Source: Saprolegnia diclina VS20
Taxonomy: Eukaryota
Direction of reading: 5' to 3'
NCBI RefSeq assembly: GCF_000281045.1
Contig: NW_008246085.1
Coordinates: forward strand, 435,749-499,748
DNA length: 64,000 nucleotides
Shown here piece after piece: positions 39,101-50,086 of the stretch; positions within the stretch are counted from its first letter, which is position 1; every line of letters begins with the position of its first letter. The notes beneath the pieces were generated by a model. It did not search any database. It had not been told where the DNA came from and saw nothing but the letters and a program-made list of their open reading frames with translations. The position numbers and the translations under genes were made by a program.

Positions 39101-39438
39101 GGCGGAGATCAAGTACCCTGCATGTTCCCGCAGTCAATGAGGAAGGCTTGGATGTCACACGCCACTTTGTTGGGGACGAGCGTCATCTCGGGCAGCTTGG
39201 CGACGGCAACCGCGAGGTCCATGGCCGACATGGCCACCACCAGCGTCGTCGAGTAGTCCATCTTTTCGCGGGCGACGACGCGGCCGTAGTGGCGCACGAG
39301 CACAAAGACACAGCCGAGCACCGAGATGGACCTGCACACGGCATCGTTAGCACCACCCTGTTGCAGAGCGCTTGGCACGTACGCGGTCACGCCCACGGTC
39401 CAGTCCATGGCCGAGCGCTGGTCTGCGTCGAGCAGCAT
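36136..39438 (-). CDS. GPCR-INPP: 7TM (cAMP-receptor-like) domain fused to an inositol polyphosphate 5-phosphatase, with C2-like tail
   Basis: N-terminal TM series (SISVLGCVFVL, MSAMDL, ACDIQAFLI, AWVCSSCMAFNLY, FYCWL). Then 5-phosphatase motifs TFNCG, VGLQE, NKGAVG, NCHLAS, GDLNYR, PTYR, PSYTDRVL, SDHKPV. Confidence 0.88.
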
Positions 39439-39727
39439 GGTGGTCGGCGGGATGGTGTGTGCAATGCATGACGTTCGGCAGAAGCCCGTTTCTCAAAGCT
39501 GTCTTCGCATACCTTGCTATTTGTATACCGTCTCAAGTAGGTGCGAAAGCGCCAAGGAGCGCCACCGACCACATTGCCCTTTCTCGACAAAAAAGGGTGC
39601 TTGCATACAATAAATCCATTCACGATTCCGCAACAGTCCCTGTTTTTGTCAACAATTCCGACCAGGCGTGGTATGTCAGGTGAGATCGTGGGCCCGAGGC
39701 CAATCCCACGCAGCGGGCCAGCACGCG

Positions 39728-41230
39728 TTAGCAAGTGGAGCCAGCCGGCGGTGGCCATCGAAGCGCCGGCGCTGGAACGTACTCGAGGACGTCGGCGCTC
39801 AGGTGCAGGCGCGCGATCTCGGGAAGCGACGTGTATGCGTCGGTCGCGGTCCTGGCGGCGCCAAAGTCGTAGCGCCGGACGTTGAGGCTCGCGATCGACG
39901 AGAGCAGATCTATGCGCATCGAGCGACTTGTTGCATGCGACCGCACGTACATGCGTCATGTGGAAAGGCTGCGCTCAGCTGCGTCAGGACGCGAAAACGG
40001 AGATCTGGTAAGCTACAAAGTTGGAGACGAATGACGACCGCGCAAGAACACGTATACTACCATCCAAGGCTGCGGCGCACCATGATGGACTGCGTCATGC
40101 TCTCGACCGTCGGCTGCCCAATTTGGTCGACGCCACTCACGCGGCGGAGGAGCCTACTCGATGGTCGAAGCGGCTCGGCGCAAGCGAGGTAGTACTTGTC
40201 GAGGTAGATGAGCGTCTTGATGCGCACGTCGCCGTCGGCTAAGGCCAGATAGGCCACCATATGTTCTGTACAGAGGATCACGAGCCTGCAACTCAGGTGG
40301 GAGGCGCGTGCCTTCGCAGCGCTGCGCATCGGGCAGCTTCAAGTAGTAGTGGAAGAGAATCGAGTGCGCTTCACACAACTGTCGCATGACGGCTGTGATC
40401 ACTCATCCCGCCATTGGAGTAGACAAACATAAGATCGTACGCGCTTGTGTTCGATGCGCCGAAGCGTCGCGAGCTCGTCGGGCGTCGGTGGCACCATCGC
40501 GTTGGTCGCCTTGGCGTTGGGACCGACAGCTTTGGTCACGTACTCGATGGCCTTGACCTCGTCGCCGAGCTTGCGCAGAAGCTTGCCAATCTGCCACGTT
40601 GGGTATAGAACCAATGAAAGGAATGGCATCTACCTCGAGGTAGGCGACTTTGGGATCCGGCATCGCATGCTTCTCGCGCCATAGCCGCTTGATCTCGGCC
40701 TTCATCTCCTTGACGCCGCTCGACGTGAGGCGCGACGGCGCCTTCTTCAAGGGCGACGCCGGTGGATCGCCAAGCTCTGTCAGTTTGGCGCGAAGCAGCA
40801 CCGTGCCTTGGTCGCGCTTGGCTTTGGCCGCCGCCAAAAGCTCGTGCTTGCGGCGTCTGCGACATGGCATATATACAAGCGTGGTTGCATGGTCGACCTA
40901 CTTGTCGCCGTCGCCCGCGTGAGCGTATTTGGCGGCTTGGTACTCGGCGTCGAGCTCTCGTATTTGCTGCTGGAGGTCGTGGCGCTCGCACTGTAGCTTG
41001 CACTCCTCTGCGCAACACAGATCAGAAATGGCTAAGACTCGTCGAAAAAGACCGTCAAATGCGATGAGGTCGTCGCGAAACTCCGAGTCGAGTGCGATGA
41101 GCTTGAGCAGGCTTCGCGTGTGGTCGCGCTTCGCTACCTCGTTGGCCGCACGGGCAGCCTCGTCGCTCGCTCGCTGCGCCCGCAGCGCGGCCATCGTCGC
41201 GCCAATTTCCTCGCGCTTCGAGCCCGCCAT
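39728..41230 (-). CDS. Uncharacterised coiled-coil/helical-repeat protein, multi-exon
   Basis: Codon-biased exons (MAGSKREEIGATM...; QIGKLLRKLGDEVKAIEYVTKA; IYLDKYYLAC) separated by GT-AG introns. No family recognised. Confidence 0.55.
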
Positions 41231-41272
41231 TGCGTTCAAAAATATCAAAACGAAACGCTGTGCATGTTACGC

Positions 41273-44200
41273 TTACGTCGGACGCAGCACGAGCTTCATG
41301 TAGGGCGCGCACACGTGCGAGCAGCCCGTGGGGCACACCTGCTGCGTGGCGAACCACTCCTCCATGTGGGCGAGGTGCCCGCCGTGGGCGCAGACAGGGC
41401 ACCAGACAAAGAGTCCAGACGCTGGCAGTTGACTACAGTCGAGGCTCGTCAGCAACATCCGACTTTAGCTAACGCATCGAGACGCACCAGATCGAACACG
41501 TGGCGAGGTTAGCACAGTGCTGACACAAGCCCTGTTGCCCCGGCTTGGCGGACGAAGTCTTGGAGGCGAGGACCGGGTCGATGGGCTTGCCGCAGCCCGA
41601 GCACGACGTGTAGATCGTCGTGGCTTTCTACGCACAGCGATCAACCAAGTCGCAAGAGAAAAGGTAGTCGGACCATGTTCATTTGGCGAATGCCCGTGTC
41701 CGGGCAGTTCTTGACCAAGTGATTCGCGACGGTGTAGAGCTGCAGCTGGTGCAGCAAGTCTACCAGAAGCCGTAGGACCAGCAACTCCAGACGACGTATA
41801 CAATACCAATGTAGTGCATGTACACTTGCTGAAGCCAGCCCTTCTTCATGATCGCATCGATGTTGGTGACCTTGCTCAGGACGGCCGCGATACTCGTGCA
41901 CGCTTGGACGTCGCCGGCCTCGGTATAGTACTCGAGCACCTCTCTCAGCAGCGTATCCTGGAGCCGCGAGACGTCGACGGTATTCCCGATCGTCGGCGTT
42001 GCGTCCGGTGTGCTCTCCTTTTGCGCACCGTCTTCGTACGGGTAGAGGTCCACGCCCTAGATAAGAGATCGGTCTCGTTGCGCCAAGGTAGATGTACTTA
42101 CGTGCATGGCTTGGGGGTTGATCTGGTCGAGCTGCTGCAAGAGCGACGACGCTTCGTTTTTGGCGAGCTGCAGGGGCTCTTCGCCTGGTAGCGGCGTCGA
42201 CGGTGGCAAGTTGGACGCAGGGGCGCGCGCCGGACTCTTGGTGCGTTTCTCGTACAGCAGCTGCAAGATGAGCCACGTCTTCTTCATGTGCCCACAGCCT
42301 GCAGCGCCAGCCACCTATGAAAATGCCACAAATGACTAAGCAAAAACGAGAAATGAGTGCGTACGTAGGCGTTGTAGGCGCACATGTCTTGAAAGAGCAT
42401 CGACCCGTAGAGTTTGTACTCTTGGGCAAGGAACTGAAACACTTGCTCGTTGAAGCCAAAGAGCTGCGGGTACAAGGACGGTGCCGACGGCATGCCCGCG
42501 CCTTCCGTCAAGTGCGCTCGGAGGTCCTCGACGCTCACGGCGCTTTGCAAGCTCACGACCGCGACCATCGCTAAGACCATGTCCAGACATAGGACGATCA
42601 CGATGCCACTGTACCTTGGGGAGCTGGCACCTCGACGGGAGGCGGACTCTCCGTCAAGAGTGCTGCGAGGTTGGGCACCGACCGCGACGTCGACGGCTTG
42701 CGCGTCGACTTGAACGCGAGGCGTGACGCGTTCAGTGGCGGCTTGCCGGCCGACGTGGACGCTGCAATTTGCTGCTGCTGGCGCCACGCACTGGGCGTCT
42801 GCATCGCGAGGCTCGGGTCCACCGCGGCAAAGAGCTCGTTTTGGTCGTACTGGTGGATCTTGAGCGCTGCGCACGATCGGTCTACGCCCACTGGATCAAT
42901 TTTACTGTCTCATATTCCAGCTGTTGACCAATGGGGTCGTGGGACGAGACGACGTGCCCCGAGATGTTCATGGCGAGCGCGACCGTGTGCATGCTCTGGT
43001 GCGGCTTGATCGCGTTCGAGAGCGCGTGGAGTTTGAGCGTCTTGTCCTTGGAACACGCGAGCATGTGCTGCCAGTAGCCACACCCGACGTTGTCTGCCAT
43101 TAAACATCCAGTGTATGCATCGAGAAATACAGAATGGAGCCTACCGGTCGCATCGCTCAGCGGTGTGCCGTGCAACGGCGTGTCAAACCACTGAAAGTCC
43201 GAGACAATGTCGGCGTGCCCCTTCATGCACGCGAGCGGCACGAACGGCCGCGTCGTGTCCCACACGTTGATGCTAGCGTAGACCTTTGCAGAAGAAGCGA
43301 ACTAAGAACGCTACCTGCTATCCGTGATCGACGAACTCGTCGCAATGTGATCTAGTGGACACTTCAGCGTCCAATCAGCGATCGAAGACGGCGTACCGGG
43401 GCAGTCGGGGCGCCATTGAATGCGACCTGCGTTGGCAATCAGCGCGATCGTTTGCTTGGGCTTGTTGACGTCGTTGAGGTCCCAAATCTGCGCATCGATC
43501 AGGCGACGTGGTCGAACGAGGGGTACCTTGACACTGCGATCACGCGACCCGGTTGCAATCACCGATGGCTGCGTTGGGTGCCAGTCCAGCGACAGGATGT
43601 GGCCCTGGTGGGCCGTGAATGTGATCTCCGGCTTCTTGTTGTTGCCGAGTTCCCAGACCTACGACGACGACGATGGGTCCGCGCGTTGACCGTTCTACGT
43701 ACTTCGACCGTGCCGTTCTCGAACGCAGCGGCAAACTTGGTGTCGCCAAAGGGACTAAACTTGACGTCGCGAACGCTCTCGGACTTTTGCTGCTGAAACA
43801 CATTGATCTGCTTGCCCTTGTAGCGCTGGTCCTAGGATGGTCTTGCAGCATCAGCAAATGGTGTTATGGAGGAAGCGCGCCGCACCCAGAGCTTGATCAA
43901 GCCGTCTTGGGACGCGCTGAGGAGCAGGTTCGGGTCCGTCGGATGCCAGCAAATCCGGTTCACAGCGCGGTCGTGGGCCTTAAAGTCGCGCTCTAGGACA
44001 GACATGAGCCATGTCACGCAACGCTTGGCAACTCTGGAGCTTGGCGGTGTCTCGCTGGATGTCCCAGATCACAATGTAGCCGTTTGTTGACGCGGTTGCG
44101 AGGAGGTAGTCGGACTCTACGTGGCGGATGTGAGTTCGTACGGCCCGAAAGGGCGACGTCGCGTACGAGGATGCCACCGGATGTCGTTGGTGCTAAAGTT

Positions 44201-44486
44201 GAGGCTGGACTTGGCCGAGCGCAGATTGCGCTTCTCGACAAAGCCACCGCTCTCGAGGGCGACGATCTTGAGCACATCGCGGCCGCCGACGGCAATGAGC
44301 TAGTGGCATGCATGTGAGTTGGTGGCATGGCCCATGGTTCGCCGTACCTTTTGGCTGGACGAGACAGAGACCGCGTTCAGCGGACCCTACATATATCGAG
44401 CGTGATCTTCCCATCGCATGAGCATCTTGGTAGCGCACCGCAAACTCCATGGACGCCCGCACGCTGCTCGGCCGCGTTGCCGTCAT
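41273..44486 (-). CDS. WDR24: GATOR2 subunit WDR24 (Sea2/Rtc1), many exons
   Basis: WD40 repeats (HDRAVNRICWHP..LLSASQDG, SESVRDVKFSP, ATGSRDRSVK), GDVQ..., LLHQLQLYTVA and C-terminal GLFVWCPVCAHGGHLAHMEEWF..CPTGCSHVC. Confidence 0.88.
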
Positions 44487-44637
44487 CGCACTCGTAGAAA
44501 ATAATTGTCGGATTTGGACCAATCCGATTGCAGAGAATACTGGCAAATCGGCGCCGCGTTTCGGGTCGCATTTTATCCAATCGGCGGATGCGAGGTTTCA
44601 CGCCGCATTCCGTTTCGCACTCGGGAAAGGCGCGCCG

Positions 44638-47600
44638 ATGCCAACGGCGCGGCAGGTCCTGCGATGGTGCTCGCTGCGCCTCGAGCAGCGACTGCAGTGG
44701 ATACGCCTAGTGCGACTGCTCTACCTCCAGGAGCTCAAGGTCAAGCCGTGGTGGCCGCGCGACCCGTTCTTCCCCAAGCGCGGCCGCGAGTCCTTCCGCG
44801 AGTACACGCAGCACACGCTCGAGCAGTCGTTGGCGGGCAAGACGCTGGACGCGGTCATGATTCTGCTCAGTTTCACCATGGTGTACCTCTACATCCACGT
44901 CGTGTGGTCCAGTGGCGAGAACATCCCCAACGCCGGCATATCCTGTGCGTCCTCTTGTCCATCGTCGCCTCCTCATGCCATGGTGTAGTCGCGACCAAGA
45001 TGATTGGCGCCATCTTTACCTTCGAGTACGTCTCCATGGCGTCGACTCATTGTCTCTCATGGTCTATCTAGCTACATGCTGCGGCTGTACGCCGCGCCGC
45101 TCCGGTGGAGCTACATCCAGAGTTACGCGTCCGTCTTTGATCTAATTTGCATCATCCCGACATGGGTCGAGATAAGCATGACGCAGGCCCAGCTGCTCGC
45201 CTTCTCCCAAACGTCGCCCGAGAACAAGCAGATTGTGCAGTTTGTACGCGTCCTCAAGGCGTTCCGCATCCTGCGCGCGTACCGCCTCTTGCGCTTCACG
45301 ACGTCCATGGTCCAGCGACAAGTGCTCGTGACGCTCCTCACGGTCGTATGCATCATCGTCTCCATGTCGGGCGCGATGCAGATCATCGAGCTCTGCCCCG
45401 ACCAGTGCGTTCAGTGGGGCTGCCAGGATTTTTTACGCTCCGACGGCCACAAGTGTGTCAACAGTCTTCTCTGCAACGCTGGCGTCGGCGCCTCGCTCTA
45501 CTGCTGCAACTGCCAGAGTCGACCGCTCTTTGACTGGATGTACTGCATTGCGGTGTCCATGTCGACCGTTGGGTACGGTGACATTGCGCCCAAGACGCGC
45601 CTCGGCCGCCTTACGATGGGCTCCATGATCCTCTTCACGTTCGTCATGATCCCGCTTCAAGTGAATGCGCTCGTTGCGCTCATGTCGGAACGCTCCAAGT
45701 TTACGACTCGGTACACCGACTACAAGGCGCACCCAACCGCAGTCCTCCTCTCGGCCACGGACGCGATCAACGCCACGATGCTCAAGCACTTTCTACGCGA
45801 ATTCTTCCACCCCGACAGCCCAAATTGGAGCGAGAACCTCTTGATTTTGCACATGAAGCCACCGAGCCCCGACATTGTCAAGGTCATTCACCAATACGAG
45901 CCGCGCGTCAAGTACATTGTGGGCTCGCCCCTCAACGTGCACGACCAGAAGCGCGCGGCGCTGCGCAGAGCCGTCGTCTGCTTCATTGTGACGTCGCGCG
46001 GCCCCGGCGCCGACTCGCTCGACCAGAAAAGCTTGCTTCTCACCGCCGTGTGCCGGCGCCTCTTGTCACCCAAAGTACCCATCCTCACGCAAGTGCTGTC
46101 GACCGGGAGTGTCCAGCACTGCGTCATCTCGGGCGCGACCGCCGCCTTTAGCATTGAACAGATCAAGCTTGCGATTTTGAGCAAGTCTATCCACGCCGTC
46201 GGTGCCTCGACGCTGCTCTCGAATCTCTTCACGACCGTGTCGCCAGCCTTTGAGCTGCCGCGCGGTGCCGCTTCGTGGGAAGCCGCCTACTTGCACGGGT
46301 ACCGCCACGAGGTGTACCTTCTCGAGGTCCCATCGCAGTTTGCTGATCTCTCGTACGGCGAGCTCGTTCTCTTCCTCTACCAACGCTTTCGCATCATTTG
46401 CATCGCGGCGGAGTCGGTACCGTCCCGCTCTACTTGACTCTCGAGTCATGGCTTGTAGGGCGACGGCCCCCATTTTATGCATAGCGACCATGCGCTGCCC
46501 CTCTACGACGACCAGACGTGTCACGTGTACGTCGTCGCTTCGGGCTCGAGCGCCAAAGACGATGTGCGCAAGGTGCTGCTCGACGACGTGCGCACGTTCC
46601 AGTGGGAATTGCACTTGAGTGAACCGCGCGTCCGGACGCGTCAGGTCGTTCGGTCAAGCCACGACATTGAAGCGTCGCGCCAACGTATTGACGCCAAGAA
46701 GCGCCAAATGCTCAAGATGCCAGTGTTCATGAAGTACCTCGCAACGACGCGGACGAGCCAGGCGAACTCGGCGGTCGTGGCGATGCGCAAGACGACGCGC
46801 AGCAACAGTCTCACCAAGGTCAAGTCGCTCCAGGACGCCAAGTCGCCGTTCGAGCTCTTTCTTGTACGACGATCGTGCATTCCGACATTGGGACAGGAAG
46901 CTCACAAACGCGCCGTAGGCAAAGCCGCTACCAGACAATTTGCGCCGACATATCATCTTGATTGGGATTCCCTTCTCGCTCTTTGACGTCGTGACCGCAC
47001 TCAAGTCGAACAAGACGGACATGAAGGACCACGACCAAGCGATCGTCATCATGTCCCAGCACCCGATGACCGAGGCGCAGTTCAAAAGCATTTTTTGGTT
47101 CACGACATCGATCTACTTTTACCAAGGCTCGGCGCTCAGCGCGTCCGATTTGCAGCGCATTTCGATCCAGCTCGCGTGCGCCATCATTGTCCTTGTACGA
47201 AACCCTTCGTGTGCAACGAATGTGGTGCGACGGAGCGTAGGGCTCGGGCAGCACGAACCGGAAGCACTACCTCGACGACAACATGATTGACGCCGACGCG
47301 ATCACGACGGTGCGCTACATCGTCGAGGCTTGTCAGCGCAACAAGGTCAAGCCCAATATGGTCGTGGAGCTCGAGAAGGCGTCGAACGTCAAGTTTCTCA
47401 GCCGCATCGTGCAGACCCATCGCGGCGTGCCGACCATGAGCCCTATCCGAAGCATCAAGCGCGAGCTTAGCGAGGAACAGCATGCGGAAGGCAACATCAC
47501 ACCGCTGCCCGACATGCCCCACACCTTTGAGCCACCGTACGTTTCTGGTACGACGCAATCTCATCGAGTGACACCTTGTGCGAACGAGTGCAGGGCGCGT

Positions 47601-48027
47601 GTATGTGAGCGGCATCATTGACCGCGTCATGAGCGAGTGGTACAAAAAGCCGTACGTCGTGCCGATCCTGGACATGCTCTTGCACGGTCACACGGCCGAC
47701 GTCTCCAAGTATATGTGTTCTTATTGTATCCGACGTCTTATGCGAGCACGAACGTAGGCAGCGGCAGTTGTTTCAGGCGCCACTCCCGTTTGCACTCTAC
47801 GGCAAGACCTTTGCCGAGGCTTTTTCCAAGCTCCTCAAAGCGGTGCGTTACGCTGCACCCGCGCGTCTTGCGACGGTCATTTGCTCTAGGACGTCATTTG
47901 TATTGGGCTGCTTCACGGCGGGAGTGGCACGAGCTTTGTGTACACAAACCCACTGCCCGACACGGTCCTCTCCAAAGACGACCGTCTCTTCTTGATCGGC
48001 GAACCCAGCGACATTGTCCTTGCCTAG
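44638..48027 (+). CDS. Second Slo/BK-like potassium channel alpha subunit
   Basis: S4 FVRVLKAFRILRAYRLLRF, pore MSTVGYGDIAP, FLREFFHPD, YIVGSPL..DQKRA, VVELEKASNVKFL, FVYTNP. Confidence 0.88.
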
Positions 48028-48415
48028 TTGATCGACCTATTTATCCCGTCATCGTGTTGAGTTGATGGCGCAAGAAGCACTAGAGCACGCTTCGAGGGAC
48101 TTGAAACTTTTGGGCAAGCGTCGAATTTGCAGTTTGCAGATTGCATGTTTACTGTCACACACTTAGCGAGCAACTTCAACTTTCGTTTTGGGTCCCCCCA
48201 TTTTGGAAGGGATTACTCACCAGCAGCGTGGGACACTCTCGCGTCATCCACTAGGGGGCCCCACAAAACAATAAAAAAAGGCGGCAACGAAGAATAGAGA
48301 CATTTATATCTGATCGAACAATTTGATTTAAAATTACTACACCGGATCTCCGCTTGCATCGGCCGTCGTCGTCGCAGTCGACGTCTCGCCCGACATTCCG
48401 TGACAGCGCGTCAGC

Positions 48416-50025
48416 ATGCTCGCACTAGTACGCCTCCTCTCGCCGCTGCTGCTCCTCGCCGTTGCCGCTGCAGGTTCGCCGGCGACTGCGCCAGCGCTCT
48501 CAACGTCAACCTCGTAGGCGCCAAGTCGTGCGCCGAATGCGCGGGCAAGACGTGCCTCCTGGAAGGCACCACGAACCTCACGGGCGGCGCCACGTCGGTA
48601 GCCCTCTCACTCTGCTACTATGACGCATCGAGTGCACCGAAGATTACTTTTTCGTTGAGTGCAACGCCGTCGTGCGACGCCAAGCGCGTCCTGTTGCCGC
48701 AGGTCAAGTCGCTGGCGACCAACACGACGGCCTCGGGCCTTTGCACCAAGACAAGCGCCGATCCGTGCCCGCTTGTCGCTACGCTGCAGTCGCCGATCGA
48801 CTGGGCGATCGCGCTGCAGGCCAAGTCGGTGGTCAACACGCTGCTTGCGGCCATCGACCAGTCGTCCGAAGTTGTCAAAGTGGCCACCTTCTCGACCGAG
48901 ACGGCACCGACCGTGACATCGGCCGAGACGGCCGTCACGGCCTGTGGCATGAGCATCCCCGTGTCTGGCACCCGCTTCTCGACCCTCGACGCGTGCAATG
49001 TAGTGCGCGTGTGCCGGGGGCCACTCGGCGCGTCGACGTGCGTCGTCTCAGAACCCAACGAGATCTTGCGCAACGTCACCGCCTCGTCCGCGGGTCAGAC
49101 CGCTTTTCTCTCGATGACCAAGCCCTTTGGCTGCGACGCCATTGCGACCAACTCGTTCGTGTACGTCCAACTCACGGTCGGCGACGCCGACACGAGCGGC
49201 ATGACCAAAGTCGCCAAGGTTGGAGGTAGAGAGCTACCTTTCCTCGGTGAGTTAGCGGCTCACAAACCGTCTTGAGTAGCGCTCTCGACGACCAGCCGCT
49301 TCACCGTGTACCCACCGGCGGTCGGTGCAACGACGTTGGAGCTGAGAGGCGACGTGTGCACCGGCACGGATGTTTCGTTTTCGCTGTCGCCCAATGCAAC
49401 GAGTCTGCCGGCGTCAACTGCATCGACCGGCAACACGACGCTGACGCTCGCCTCGCCATGGGCGGCATCAAGCACCGCATCGCTCAACTATACGCTCTGC
49501 GGCGTCTCAATCTCGCGCAGCATCGACAGCGGAAGCAGCATGCGCATCACGCCGTCCGCCAACACCGTACCGTCGACGAGCCTGCTTGCCAACGTCGCGG
49601 TCACGGGCGCCGGGTTTTCCAAAGGCAGCGTCAACTGCAGTGTCGTGGCTTCCAAGGGCACGGACGCGGTTACCTTTACGACCTGCTCGTGCACGGCCAT
49701 GTCGACGACCAACCTCACGCTCTCGTGCCCCAACAGTCTTGTCAACTACAGCGGGTACACGCTCGGTCTGGTGCTGGGGAGTGGCGCGACGCCCGTGACG
49801 ATTGGGTCCGTCTGTGATGCGGCGCAGTGTGCGAGTTCGATCATCACGGGCGCGCCTCAGGGAGACCAAACAGCGGGTCTCTCGGGCGGCTGGATCGCCG
49901 GTATTTGCATCGTTGTCGTCGCGATCCTCGGCTTCGTCCTCGAGTGCACCCTCCATCGCAAGCGCTTCCTCCGCGACCAGCAGGCGAACCGGACGCAGTA
50001 CGTCGAGACCCACAACGCCGCATGA
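48416..50025 (+). CDS. Cys-, Ser- and Thr-rich type I membrane glycoprotein of unknown function
   Basis: Signal peptide MLALVRLLSPLLLLAVAAAG joins the main ORF through a ~44-nt GT..TAG intron. Many N-x-S/T sites. C-terminal TM GWIAGICIVVVAILGFVL followed by HRKR. Confidence 0.75.
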
Positions 50026-50086
50026 GACGCTAACTTGCTATATCTATATACACTGCCATTTTTCCGCTCCTTTTGACGAGTTGTGC

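Noticed and set aside
48400..48520. Apparent frameshift between signal peptide and body of the membrane protein
   Set aside because: Resolved by a canonical ~44-nt GT..TAG intron. The same explanation applies to most frame breaks in this window, so they were not called pseudogenes or recoding sites.
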